From Rhodovastum atsumiense (lineage in GTDB: Bacteria > Pseudomonadota > Alphaproteobacteria > Acetobacterales > Acetobacteraceae): DNA of 64,000 nucleotides. The stretch spans positions 1,275 through 65,274 of the forward strand of contig JAMFSE010000107.1 in the NCBI GenBank assembly GCA_026225115.1, in the 5' to 3' direction. Below the pieces are notes generated by a model. It had not been told where the DNA came from. It saw nothing but the letters and a program-made list of their open reading frames with translations, and ran no database searches. Made by a program: the position numbers and the translations under genes. How positions within the stretch are numbered: position 1 is the first letter of the stretch; the number at the start of each line of letters is the position of its first letter. Positions 9,621 through 19,500 of this stretch are shown here, one piece after another.

Positions 9621-9794
9621 CCGAAACTCCGCCTCTGATCAATAGAGCCTCCCAACTCGGTGCGATATTGGGCGCGGAGGCGCTGTAGGCAAGGGCAACA
9701 AACCCATGAAAAGCTTACAAATTTGGAACAATACACCCTGCGCCCCGCCGCCACGCAACGGCGCGGCCTTCAGTCCATGGGGCGCAGACCGCCT

Positions 9795-10127
9795 TTACAG
9801 GGTCCTGGCAATAACGGCGCGAAGCCTGGCAGGCTGACGGATAATGAAACGCTCCCGCCGCGTCTCAACCAGCCCCCGCAATTTGAAATGCTCGATCATC
9901 CGGGCCACGGTTTTGGGCCTCCCCCCTGCCAAAGCCGCCAGACGGTTATTCGAAATGGCCTCGGTCAGAAAAATGGAATTGGCAACATCGATTTCCGCGC
10001 ATTCCGCCAGATCCAGAATCACTTGCGCCAACCGCACCCGCAATGAAGGCGCGTCGGCGGAAAGCGGTTTCGATACCACAGCGGGATACGGCGGCAATGC
10101 CGGTGTTTGACCCATCTCGAGCTTCAT
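9795..10127 (-). CDS. Small stand-alone Crp/Fnr-type winged-HTH protein (~110 aa)
   Basis: SNNRLAALAGGRPKTVARMIEHFKLRGLVETRRERFII resembles the Crp C-terminal HTH; GAGGA RBS before ATG 10127; no cNMP-binding domain. Confidence 0.62.
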   Translation of the reverse strand: MKLEMGQTPALPPYPAVVSKPLSADAPSLRVRLAQVILDLAECAEIDVANSIFLTEAISNNRLAALAGGRPKTVARMIEHFKLRGLVETRRERFIIRQPARLRAVIARTL

Positions 10128-10294
10128 CGTCAGTCCTCGGCATACAACATACAATCCAGATGGAGATACTAGTGTAATACTGAGACGAATCAAGATATTT
10201 CTACCACTGCGCTAAATTTCGCGATAGCAAATAAATTTTTGCTAAATATCCATCATAATTAGGTAAAATTTACGCTAATCATTGATAAATACGA

Positions 10295-10308
10295 AGAGTA
10301 ATTACTCT
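10295..10308. promoter_or_regulatory. Perfect 14-bp palindrome AGAGTAATTACTCT, putative operator upstream of the sulfonate-type ABC operon
   Basis: Self-complementary, in an AT-rich intergenic region, 67 bp before ATG 10375. Confidence 0.45.
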
Positions 10309-10374
10309 ATTTGTACGATAGATTTAATGGTTGTATAGGCGGCGATGTCTCATTAATTTTTCCCAGGAATCTCC

Positions 10375-11349
10375 ATGCACCGCCGCTTCAAACCGCTCGC
10401 CGCCGCCCTCGCTCTACTGCTCTTTTCCCTGACCACGCCGCCCGCCAAGGCTGCCGACATTACCACCCTCGGCATTTCCTATGCTTATTACGATCCGCTG
10501 AGCCTGATCATTAAAGACAAAGGTTTTCTGCAATCGGAACTCGGCTCCGGCGTCAAGATCGACTGGGTATTGAGCCAGGGCAGCAACAAAGCGCTGGAAT
10601 TCCTCCGCGGCGGCAGCATCGATTTTGGCCAGACCGCCGGCTCGGCCGCCTTGCTGGGACGCGCCAACGGCGCCCCCGTCCAGGCCATCGGCGCCACAAC
10701 CAACGCCGAATGGACCGCGATCGTGGTCCCGCAAAACTCGCCGATCAAAACCCTGTCCGACCTCAAAGGCAAGCGCGTCGCCGCTACCCCCGGCACCGAC
10801 CCCTATATTTTCCTGCTCCGCGCTTTGGCCACCGTCGGCCTCTCCGGCGCCGACATCACTTTGGTTCCGTTACAACACCCGCTCGGCCGCCAGGCACTCG
10901 ATTCCGGCCAGGTTGACGCCTGGGCCGGTCTCGACCCATTCATGGCGGAAGCCCAGCTGCAAAATCACGACGCGCTGATCTACCGCAACAAAGCCCTGAT
11001 CTCACCCGGAACGCTGCTGGTCCGCGAGGATTTCGAGGCCGCAAACCCTGATGTCGTCAAAGCAGTGTTGAAAGCCTACGCTAAGGCGCGCAGCTGGGCG
11101 ATCGCCAATCCCGCCGGCACCGCCGCCATCCTGGCACAGGAAGCGCATCTGCCGATCCCAGTCGCACAGTTGCAGCTATCGCGCTCAAATTTTCATGGCG
11201 AGGCGATCACTCCTACCTCAAAAGCCGCCATCCTGGCGGCCGGCCCAATCCTGAAATCGAGCGGTAAATTAACCGCCGGCGCTGATCTTTCCGCCGCCGA
11301 AGCGACTCTGGTGAACACCTCGTTCACCACGGCGCTGGGCCTGCACTGA
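10375..11349 (+). CDS. ABC transporter substrate-binding protein, SsuA/aliphatic sulfonate family
   Basis: Signal peptide (…PPAKA); GSNKALEFLRGGSIDFG, LKGKRVAATPGTDPY, VDAWAGLDPF are SsuA-type motifs. Confidence 0.85.
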   Translation: MHRRFKPLAAALALLLFSLTTPPAKAADITTLGISYAYYDPLSLIIKDKGFLQSELGSGVKIDWVLSQGSNKALEFLRGGSIDFGQTAGSAALLGRANGAPVQAIGATTNAEWTAIVVPQNSPIKTLSDLKGKRVAATPGTDPYIFLLRALATVGLSGADITLVPLQHPLGRQALDSGQVDAWAGLDPFMAEAQLQNHDALIYRNKALISPGTLLVREDFEAANPDVVKAVLKAYAKARSWAIANPAGTAAILAQEAHLPIPVAQLQLSRSNFHGEAITPTSKAAILAAGPILKSSGKLTAGADLSAAEATLVNTSFTTALGLH

Positions 11350-12122
11350 TCTCGTTCCGAAAACTCGGTATAGGCTGGGGCCTCGGCCTGGCGGTGCCGG
11401 CATTTCTACTGGCGCTCTGGCAGGGGCTCGCCGGCGCCGGCCTCCTGCCGGCTGCGGTCCTGCCATCACCCGCATTGGTCCTGGCCACCCTCATTGCCAT
11501 GGCCCAAAGCGGGGAGATGGCGCAGGCCATCGGTGCCACCGCCTCGCGCCTCGCCTGGGGCTTTGTCCTTGGCGCCACAACCGGCACGGTGCTGGGCGGC
11601 TTATGCGGCGCCTCGCCTCTGGCCAGGCGCATGCTGGACCCGCTGGTGCAAAGCCTGCGCAGCGTCCCCTCACTCGCCTGGGTCCCTCTGTTCATTTTGT
11701 GGCTCGGCATCTTTGAGGCCTCAAAAATTACGTTGGTTGCGGTCGGCGTCTTCTTCCCGGTCTATCTCAACCTGCTCGGCGGCATCGCCAATGTCGACCG
11801 TAAATTGCTCGAAGTCGGCCAGGTCCACGGCTTTTCCCGCCTGCGCCGCCTATTGCGCATCCAGCTGCCGGCGGCTTTGCCCGCTTACGTCCTTGGCCTG
11901 CGCGGCGGCCTCGGCCTCGGCTGGATGTTCGTCGCCGCAGCCGAACTGCTCGGCGCCGCCAACGGCCTCGGCTTCATCCTCGATGACGGCGAGCAAACCG
12001 GCCGGCCGGAACGCGTCCTGGCGGCCCTGCTGCTCTTCGGCATCTGCGGCAAACTCACCGACACGATAATGGCAGCACTCGGCCGCCATCTGGTCGCCTG
12101 GCAAGACACGGCGCGCGCCTGA
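11346..12122 (+). CDS. ABC transporter permease, SsuC-like (start uncertain: CTG 11346 or GTG 11394)
   Basis: LRSVPSLAWVPLFILWLGIFEASK, LPAALP, WMFVAAAELLGAANGLG motifs. Confidence 0.85.
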   Translation: MISFRKLGIGWGLGLAVPAFLLALWQGLAGAGLLPAAVLPSPALVLATLIAMAQSGEMAQAIGATASRLAWGFVLGATTGTVLGGLCGASPLARRMLDPLVQSLRSVPSLAWVPLFILWLGIFEASKITLVAVGVFFPVYLNLLGGIANVDRKLLEVGQVHGFSRLRRLLRIQLPAALPAYVLGLRGGLGLGWMFVAAAELLGAANGLGFILDDGEQTGRPERVLAALLLFGICGKLTDTIMAALGRHLVAWQDTARA

Positions 12123-12868
12123 TGCCCTACGCGCTCGACATCACGGATCTGGAGAAATCCTACGGCGAGAGCCGCGTTCTAGGCCCCATTAACCTGCACC
12201 TCACCCCCGGCACCATCACCGCGATCATCGGCCGCAGCGGCTGTGGCAAAACCACGCTGCTGCGCTGCCTGGGCGGGTTGGAAACGCCAACCAGCGGCGG
12301 CATCAAAGTCGGTGACGGCAACGTCCGCCAGCGCGATATCGGCTATGTCTTCCAGGAACCGCGCCTGATGCCCTGGCTCAGCGTCGCCAAAAACACCGCC
12401 TTCGGCCTCAAAGGAATAAAACGCCAGGCCCGTGATGAAGCCGTCGCCGAAGCCCTGAAACTCGTCGGCCTTACAGAGGCCGCCGGCCTGCTTCCAAAAC
12501 AGCTCTCCGGCGGCATGGCGCAGCGCGTCGCACTGGCCCGGGCATTGGCGCCCCGCCCGGCGCTCATTTTGCTCGACGAGCCGTTCTCCGCCCTGGACCC
12601 CTTCACCCGCGAGCAGATGCAAGACCATCTACTGCATTTGCACGGTTACTATGGCGCAACGATGGTAATGATTACCCATGACATGGATGAAGCACTGGCG
12701 CTCGCGCAGCGCGTCATCGTGCTCAACGGCGCACCAGGCAAAGTCATCGGCGATTTCACGCCCGACCTCCCCCGCCCGGCCGCCAGAACCTCAATGGCCT
12801 TCTTCAACTGGAAACGGCGCATCACTGAGGTGTTGTCGGACCGGCCTGCGCATCGTCTCTCGGCCTGA
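12122..12868 (+). CDS. ABC transporter ATP-binding protein, SsuB/TauB-like
   Basis: Walker A GRSGCGKT, Q-loop VFQEPRL, signature LSGGMAQR, Walker B LLDEPF, H-loop ITHD. Confidence 0.93.
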   Translation: MPYALDITDLEKSYGESRVLGPINLHLTPGTITAIIGRSGCGKTTLLRCLGGLETPTSGGIKVGDGNVRQRDIGYVFQEPRLMPWLSVAKNTAFGLKGIKRQARDEAVAEALKLVGLTEAAGLLPKQLSGGMAQRVALARALAPRPALILLDEPFSALDPFTREQMQDHLLHLHGYYGATMVMITHDMDEALALAQRVIVLNGAPGKVIGDFTPDLPRPAARTSMAFFNWKRRITEVLSDRPAHRLSA

Positions 12869-15257
12869 CAGCCCGCGAGATGCCGCGCGCCACCCGCACC
12901 GGCACCCGGGCGATCCGGTAAATGATCCGGCTGAAAACATAAAGTATTTGCGCCCGAAACACCCGCCGCGCGACCAGCTCGACCCGCTCGGCAAAAAATC
13001 TCGCCACGCTATCGGCACGGCTTTCCACCTCCGCTTCCGGTTCCGGAACGGGCGGGTCATCGTGCCGCACGGCCCGCAACCGCGCGACGATCGACCAGTA
13101 ATCCACCTTCAGCAACGCAGCCTCCAGCAATTCCCGGACTTCGCGGGCTGAACGCCGCGCGCCATCGGCCGGCGCCGCCGCCGTTTCCCGCCAACTTGGA
13201 ATCTCCTGCAAGCCCTGCAGAAGCGCTTCTGTCGTCTCGTAGAAATAGATATTCGGATTCCGATTCTGGCCCTCCCAAAGCTCCTTGAACACCGGCAGCG
13301 GGCGCACGAACACCGGCCGGTTCGCCGCCAGCGCTTCCAGCAGCGGAATCCCAAATCCCTCGTAATGGCTCGGGAATATCACGGCATCTGCATCGGCGTA
13401 AAAGCCGGCAATCTGGTCATCGCCGAGCTGCCCGACGTTAACGCCATGAAGGTTTGAAGCACCGTTCAATTCCGGCAACGCATAGGGATTGAGAAGAACT
13501 TCACGCCCCTGCACCGCATCGGCCTTCGTCTGCCCAAGCGCCACCACCCTGCGTTCAGGAAACGCAGCAGCAAGCGCATTCGCGGTCGGCACCAAATATT
13601 TATGCGGAAAATGATTGCCGATGACCAGCAGCACGCCGCGTCCCGGCTGCGGCACCGGCACAACCGGCATTGGGCCCCCGTGCCTGTAATCATCGAGGTC
13701 GAGCGAAAGCAGCGAATACCCGCGCGTCACCCGATCCGGTATCTGGAAACGCAACGCGATCTGCCGCATGGATTGCGCGCTGGGGGCGACAAAAAAATCC
13801 CCATGCAACAGCGCAAATTGCCAGATATCAAACAATTCAGGCGAGGTCAGTTGCGTGCAATCAACCGCAATCGTATCGAGCATATGGATACCAGTCACAG
13901 CTCCCTTCACCGCCATCCGCTCCACCGTCTCCCAATGGAAGGGCTGCCCTTCTCGGAAGATCACGGCGAATATTTCGGTCCCGTCCGGATCACAGCGGGG
14001 CACGCCAAGATCGGCATAGCCATGAAACGCGTAGACTTCCTCGGAACACAACACGAACACGTTAAAGCGGTCGTGCCAGTCCTCCACAGCCGATTTCAAA
14101 AGCTGTTTGCCGGCCTTAAAAGTTCCGTTGGCACGCGGGCCGAAACTCGAAAAATCGAAAGCCAGGTCAAGCCGACCTTCAGCATCGGGGATAAGCGTAC
14201 CCAGCAAACACTCCGCGATCGCCTCAGGAGACCGAAAATGCGCTGAAATAAGCGGCAGATATTCAGGGTAGCGCGCATCCAGAATAGCGCCGTTCCTGAC
14301 GTCCAGCTCCGATTTCGTTTCGCCTGCCGTACTGAATGATTTCTCACCCAGGTGGCGCACAAAGGCCCGGTTTGCCAGCACCGCGCGATAACCGCACCGC
14401 CCGGCGCGCATCACCAGATCATTCTCCTCATTATAGCCGGCGCCGAAGATGCTATCGAAGCCGCCGAACTCGGCGAGAATCTGCCAGCGGATCAGCATGC
14501 AGAATCCAACCGCCGTCGGCACATAGCTGAACACCGGCAGCCGCGCCGCAAGCGCCGCATAAGGCGCCACGGCAAACGCCGCGTCCTCATCGCCCGCGCG
14601 ATGTGCCACCGGCAAACTCGCCAGCGTCGCGTTATCCGACCGCGGACTGACAAAGCCGATCATCGGGTCACGCGCCGCGACCCGCAGCATTTCCGGAAAC
14701 GCACCGGGATAGACCACCGTATCAGAGTTGAGCAGCAACAAGTCTTGCTGCCGGGCAACCGCATCAGCCACGGCGCGGTTCATCGTCCCGCCAAACCCAA
14801 GGTTAACCTCGTTTACCACCAGCCGGCAGACGAATGCGGCGCGCGCCTTCGGCAATATCGCCTCCAGCGCCTCGGCCAGCGGCGCATAGCCCGGCGAATC
14901 GTTGAACAGCACAACCTCGGCATTGATGGCGGCCAGATCACCGGCGCAGGCAAACAACGACTCCAAAAGCGGTGCAACAAGCTCCTCGTTCTTATAGAAC
15001 GGCACCGCAATCAGCAGCGCGAAGCTCGCGGCTTCGGCCGAAACCGTGCCCGCATCCGGCCAATATTCACCCCTCAAGCCGCGTCTCCTGCAGGTAACCT
15101 CGCCGCCTGACAGCGGATTACTCGGGTTAAATAGTAAAACATGTTCAATCTCAAATCCGTACAGCACCCAGCAAACCCGGCATAGAGACAACCCGCTGGC
15201 CGCAATATTGCTTACAATATTGCTTACACGATTGCCGCCGCGATTGCTTACACGCAA
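12822..15257 (-). CDS. Bifunctional glycosyltransferase, GT2 + GT4 (true start probably downstream of 15257)
   Basis: GT2: NLGFGGTMN, LLLNSDT, YNEENDL. GT4: EGFGIPLLE (E-x7-E). Convergent 47-nt overlap with the ABC ATPase. Confidence 0.85.
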   Translation of the reverse strand: MRVSNRGGNRVSNIVSNIAASGLSLCRVCWVLYGFEIEHVLLFNPSNPLSGGEVTCRRRGLRGEYWPDAGTVSAEAASFALLIAVPFYKNEELVAPLLESLFACAGDLAAINAEVVLFNDSPGYAPLAEALEAILPKARAAFVCRLVVNEVNLGFGGTMNRAVADAVARQQDLLLLNSDTVVYPGAFPEMLRVAARDPMIGFVSPRSDNATLASLPVAHRAGDEDAAFAVAPYAALAARLPVFSYVPTAVGFCMLIRWQILAEFGGFDSIFGAGYNEENDLVMRAGRCGYRAVLANRAFVRHLGEKSFSTAGETKSELDVRNGAILDARYPEYLPLISAHFRSPEAIAECLLGTLIPDAEGRLDLAFDFSSFGPRANGTFKAGKQLLKSAVEDWHDRFNVFVLCSEEVYAFHGYADLGVPRCDPDGTEIFAVIFREGQPFHWETVERMAVKGAVTGIHMLDTIAVDCTQLTSPELFDIWQFALLHGDFFVAPSAQSMRQIALRFQIPDRVTRGYSLLSLDLDDYRHGGPMPVVPVPQPGRGVLLVIGNHFPHKYLVPTANALAAAFPERRVVALGQTKADAVQGREVLLNPYALPELNGASNLHGVNVGQLGDDQIAGFYADADAVIFPSHYEGFGIPLLEALAANRPVFVRPLPVFKELWEGQNRNPNIYFYETTEALLQGLQEIPSWRETAAAPADGARRSAREVRELLEAALLKVDYWSIVARLRAVRHDDPPVPEPEAEVESRADSVARFFAERVELVARRVFRAQILYVFSRIIYRIARVPVRVARGISRAVRPRDDAQAGPTTPQ
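15207..15254. repeat. 12-bp tandem repeat x4 (ATTGCTTACAAT/ATTGCTTACACG/ATTGCCGCCGCG/ATTGCTTACACG)
   Basis: Read directly from the sequence; lies between the divergent GT and YfhO-like genes. Confidence 0.85.
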
Positions 15258-15311
15258 ACGGCCGTTTATTGCCTGCGCTACAATATCCTGTGCGATGGGA
15301 CGGCCGAAAAA

Positions 15312-17489
15312 GTGAAGATTAATCTGAGCACGCGGTACATACTAGGTATCGCAACGCTGCCCATCCTCCTCAAAATCCATCTAATTTTCGAGATCTTCCA
15401 GGCCAGCCCGGTCTATTTCTTCAGCGGGCTGGGCATCGGTCCGCATCTGGCGCCCGCCCCGCCCTATGCCTCCATCGATTTCAACGTCGGCGCCACCAGC
15501 CAGACGCTTGGCCATCTCGCGGCCCTCGACCTCCTCCAGGGCGTAATCCCCTGGTGGAACCCGTTCGAAGGCGCCGGCACCCCCTTGGCAGGCGAAATGC
15601 AGTCCGCAGCCCTGCTTCCCTCAACCGTCTTGCTGGCGCTGCCGGACGGGCAACTCTATATGCAGTTGCTGTTCCAGATCATAGCCGGCGTCTTCACCTA
15701 CCTCCTGCTATGCCGAATGGGCATCTCGGCCTTCGCCGCATTCATCGCCGCCGTCCTGTTCGAATTCAACGGCGCCTATGGCTGGATGGCAAATGCCGTC
15801 ATAAATCCCATCGCATTTCTCCCCATGATTCTGTTCGGCGTCGAAGGATGTTTTGCCGCCAACCACGGCTCAGGCCGTTGGATCGCGGCAGGCATCGCCC
15901 TCTCGCTCTATGCCGGTTTTCCGGAAGTCGCCTATATCGATGGCCTGCTCGTCGTCCTTTGGACCCTGACCCGCGCCGGCAGCTTTCCACCCGCCGAGCT
16001 ATACCGCACCGCCTTACGGATCGGCGCCGGCGTGCTCGCCGGCCTGCTCCTGGCAATGCCCATTCTCATCGCCTTCTGGGATTATCTGCAAAATTCCACC
16101 GTCGGCATGCACCAGCACGGATTTTTCGCCCAGCAGCACATCGACCCAACCGTCACCATCAATCTGCTCCTACCCTATCTCTTCGGCCTGATCGCCAACT
16201 CCCATAACCTCACGGTGGAATTTCAGCTTTGGGCATGCACCGGCGGATATTTCGGAATCGGCATGACAGCGCTTGCACTTCTGGGTCTGTTCGGCCGCGG
16301 CAACCGGGCATTGCGGATCGCGCTGGCCGCCCTGGTCGTCGCCTGCCTCTGGGCAGCCTATGGCGGCCCGTTCGGAAAACTGATCTTCCTCATCCCGGGC
16401 TTAAGCAATGCCGATTTCGCCCGGTACTACAACGCCGCCGCCGCCATGGCGCTGGCCGTTCTCGCAGGCTTCGCCTTAGACGATCTAAACCGCGGACAAT
16501 CCCCCCGCCGGCGCTATTGGACCGCCATCCTTGCGACAATCCTGCTCCTTGCCTTAGCGGTCCTGGCCGCCCGTCCCGTCCTAAATCAGGCCACGATGTC
16601 ATCCATCTGGTTCCGCAATTCAATCGTGATCGCGGATTTAATTTTCGCCGTGCTGATCTGGATCGGCTTCAGCAAATGGCAAATCCAGAAACGCGCGCTG
16701 GTCCTCGGACTGCTCGTCGCCATCGAAGCCATGGTCAACTTCGCAATACCGACATTTTCAAACCCGCATGATACAACCATGGCCCTCGGCGGCATAAGGT
16801 TTCTACAAACCCATCTGGGCCTGCAACGCTTCTACTCCATGGGCGTCATCGAACCGAATTACGGCAGCTATTTCGGCATCGCCCAGATTGACGATTGCGA
16901 TCTGCCGATCCCAATCAAATGGCTCAATTTCCGCAACGCGCATCTCGATCCCGATGCGGACCAGCTGATGTTCGACGGCGCCGCCCGAACCGCCACCCCG
17001 GCCCGGCCCACGGCGGTTTCCGCCCTCGACCAAAACCTGCCGCAATATCTGGCCGTCGGTGTTAAATACATCGTAACCCGGCCGAACGCCGATCCCTTCA
17101 CGGATATCTCGCCGGCAAATCCACCCGGCACCAAAGTCTATAGCGACCGCATCATGGACATTTACCAGCTGAATAATCCGCGGCCTTATTTTGACGCGCC
17201 GGGCTGTCAGCTCATTGCCAACTCCCGGGAAACCGCAACGCTAAACTGCCCATCCCCCGCCACCTTGACCAGGCTCGAATTGTTCATGCCGGGATGGCAC
17301 GCGACCGTGAACGGAAAATCCCAACCCCTCTCGGAAACAGGCGAAATTTTCCAGAAACTCGATCTCCCCGCCGGCCGCTCGATCGTAGCCTTCCATTTCC
17401 GGCCGCCCTTCATGCGGATCGCTTATCTGGCGTTCTTCATCGGACTGCTTTTGTTCGCGGCAATCGACTTGCGCCGAAAGCCAGCCTGA
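15312..17489 (+). CDS. YfhO-like polytopic membrane protein (putative GT-C glycosyltransferase)
   Basis: WWNPFEGAGTPLAGEMQSA N-terminal loop, about 12 TM helices, C-terminal PGWHATVNGK...single TM. Confidence 0.75.
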   Translation: MKINLSTRYILGIATLPILLKIHLIFEIFQASPVYFFSGLGIGPHLAPAPPYASIDFNVGATSQTLGHLAALDLLQGVIPWWNPFEGAGTPLAGEMQSAALLPSTVLLALPDGQLYMQLLFQIIAGVFTYLLLCRMGISAFAAFIAAVLFEFNGAYGWMANAVINPIAFLPMILFGVEGCFAANHGSGRWIAAGIALSLYAGFPEVAYIDGLLVVLWTLTRAGSFPPAELYRTALRIGAGVLAGLLLAMPILIAFWDYLQNSTVGMHQHGFFAQQHIDPTVTINLLLPYLFGLIANSHNLTVEFQLWACTGGYFGIGMTALALLGLFGRGNRALRIALAALVVACLWAAYGGPFGKLIFLIPGLSNADFARYYNAAAAMALAVLAGFALDDLNRGQSPRRRYWTAILATILLLALAVLAARPVLNQATMSSIWFRNSIVIADLIFAVLIWIGFSKWQIQKRALVLGLLVAIEAMVNFAIPTFSNPHDTTMALGGIRFLQTHLGLQRFYSMGVIEPNYGSYFGIAQIDDCDLPIPIKWLNFRNAHLDPDADQLMFDGAARTATPARPTAVSALDQNLPQYLAVGVKYIVTRPNADPFTDISPANPPGTKVYSDRIMDIYQLNNPRPYFDAPGCQLIANSRETATLNCPSPATLTRLELFMPGWHATVNGKSQPLSETGEIFQKLDLPAGRSIVAFHFRPPFMRIAYLAFFIGLLLFAAIDLRRKPA

Positions 17490-17494
17490 GCCCC

Positions 17495-18313
17495 CTATAA
17501 CGGTTTGCGCGCCAAGATCAGCTGACTCTTCGGCATCAAATTATCCAGCGCCTGCTTTACAGCAATGCCATTGGGCTGATCCAGCAGGCTCTGCCAGGTG
17601 CGGACCCAATTATCCAACAGCGGCTGCCCCGGCAATTCAAAAGATTTCTCCGTCGCCTCTTCCAGCGAAATGCCCGTTGTCCAGAACAGCGTCATCCACA
17701 TCGAATAGAAAAATCCATAGCTATGCCGGCTCTCGATGATCAGCCCGGCCGCTTCCACATATTGGCCGAATTCCTCATGCGACAATATCCGCACATGGTT
17801 GGGCTGCGCAAAATAGCTCGGCGGCGCCACGTATTTCTGCACCGCCTCGGCCTGCGGATCCGGACAGGTAAATAGATACAAAGCCCCCGGCTTGCCGATC
17901 CGTGCCATCTCGGACATCAGCAGCGAAGGCGAGTCCACATGCTCGATAACCTCGGTGCACAGCACCCGGGTCGCAGTCCCATCCGGCACCGGCAGTGGAT
18001 CGCATAGCGAGACATGGCTCTCAAATGCCGGCTTGCCCGGCAAGGCCGCCAACCGCGCGCTCGCCTGCGCCACCCGCTTTGGGTCGGCATCGACCATGAT
18101 AACCCGCGCGCCAAGCTCCGCGCAAAATTGCGAATGCGCCCCCAATCCGCAGCCGACATCAACCAGCACATCCCCTGGCCCGACAGGAAAGCCGGTAAAC
18201 AACTCACTTTCCTGCCTGTTGAACCAACCGCGAAGCACCGCATCGCGCAGCCCGGTCATTTGGCTCGGCGGCTCCGGCGCCAGCCATTCCCGCAATTTTT
18301 TGATAAGGCTCAT
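17495..18313 (-). CDS. Class I SAM-dependent methyltransferase
   Basis: Motif I LVDVGCGLG, VLCTEVIEHV; ATGA overlap with the acyltransferase stop supports start 18313. Confidence 0.88.
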   Translation of the reverse strand: MSLIKKLREWLAPEPPSQMTGLRDAVLRGWFNRQESELFTGFPVGPGDVLVDVGCGLGAHSQFCAELGARVIMVDADPKRVAQASARLAALPGKPAFESHVSLCDPLPVPDGTATRVLCTEVIEHVDSPSLLMSEMARIGKPGALYLFTCPDPQAEAVQKYVAPPSYFAQPNHVRILSHEEFGQYVEAAGLIIESRHSYGFFYSMWMTLFWTTGISLEEATEKSFELPGQPLLDNWVRTWQSLLDQPNGIAVKQALDNLMPKSQLILARKPL

Positions 18314-19500
18314 ACCGCCGCCGCGATCGCGCCGTTGCGATACCTGGCCGCCAGCCGTTTCCCATGCTCCCGCAACGGCTTTTCCAGACAGCGATGGTTC
18401 AACTCGGCGACGATCGCCACCGTCAGAATTGTCAGCGCGACCATGACAAGGGCCTGCAACCGCGTCGGATTCGGCATCCCATAATAGCGAAACCACATTT
18501 CATGCGCGGCAAAATAGACCGGAATATGCACGAGATAGAGACTGTACGACCGCGCCGCGATCACCTCCATCACCCGCCTCGAAAAACCGTCCTGCCACAA
18601 AAACCCCCGGTCATAGGATGCGATCCAAACCAGAAGCACGGAAAGCAATGCCACCGGCCCCTGATAAAAGCTGACCACATGCAGGCCGAGCGCCCCAACA
18701 AAGCTGAGGCTGCCGACCAAGAAAATCAATGTCGCATTGCGCGCAACCCGGCTCTTGCCAAGCCCCGTGGGCGCGGTCGCCTGATAGCTCGGATGCGGGC
18801 TCCAGAGTGCGAGCAGCACGCCGGATGCGACGGGCCAAAGCCGCGTCAAAAATATGATCGGTCCATTGCAGACAAAAAATCCAGCCGCTGCCAGAACAAG
18901 CAACGGATAAACCAGCTTCCGTCTACAAAAAAACGCAGCAAAGGGCAGCAGCAAATAAAACTGCTCCTCCAGCGAAAGGCTCCATTGCACAAATGCAACG
19001 CCCAGCGGCTGATGTCCGATCAAAAGCGCCATATGAAAATTCGCAAGATCGAGCACGCCGGCGATGAACAATCCCCAATTCGCCGCGAATGTCTCGTACA
19101 CGCCGGAGGTATTGAAGACGAGGCAAAGCAGCAGCGGCAGCGTCAACCATAGCCATGCCGACGGCAGCAGCCGCCAGGCGCGCGCAATCCAGAAAGTCAC
19201 CGCAACCCGTGTAAAACCCGCCCAATCCTCCACCCCAGCCAGACGCGGCAGCAGGGAACGTGCGATCACGAATCCCGATATCGCAAAAAACAAGTCGACG
19301 CCGGCCCAAAGCCCGGTGTCCTGGTAAATGAACTTTGCAAGCTTCGATGGCCAGAACAGAAGATTATACGACAGATGCTCCAACAGCACCATCATCACGG
19401 CAATGGCGCGCAACACCTCAACCTCCGGCAATCTGTTGCTCGCCGGCGCCGAGGTTCTAGAAACCGGCAGAATTCCAGCCTGCGCGCCGATTTTATTCAT
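18310..19500 (-). CDS. Acyltransferase 3 (OafA-like O-acetyl/acyltransferase)
   Basis: EVEVLRAIAV, GVDLFFAISGFVI, RAWRLLPS, WSLSLEEQFY, SYSLYLVH. Confidence 0.9.
   Translation of the reverse strand: MNKIGAQAGILPVSRTSAPASNRLPEVEVLRAIAVMMVLLEHLSYNLLFWPSKLAKFIYQDTGLWAGVDLFFAISGFVIARSLLPRLAGVEDWAGFTRVAVTFWIARAWRLLPSAWLWLTLPLLLCLVFNTSGVYETFAANWGLFIAGVLDLANFHMALLIGHQPLGVAFVQWSLSLEEQFYLLLPFAAFFCRRKLVYPLLVLAAAGFFVCNGPIIFLTRLWPVASGVLLALWSPHPSYQATAPTGLGKSRVARNATLIFLVGSLSFVGALGLHVVSFYQGPVALLSVLLVWIASYDRGFLWQDGFSRRVMEVIAARSYSLYLVHIPVYFAAHEMWFRYYGMPNPTRLQALVMVALTILTVAIVAELNHRCLEKPLREHGKRLAARYRNGAIAAAV

Noticed and set aside
10375-12868. Assigning ssuA/ssuC/ssuB symbols
   Set aside because: Family is clear, but there is no linked ssuD/ssuE and nitrate, taurine or thiamine-precursor importers are similar; symbols withheld.
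15207-15254. Possible plasmid iterons or replication origin
   Set aside because: No rep gene or DnaA-box cluster seen; context is chromosomal housekeeping.
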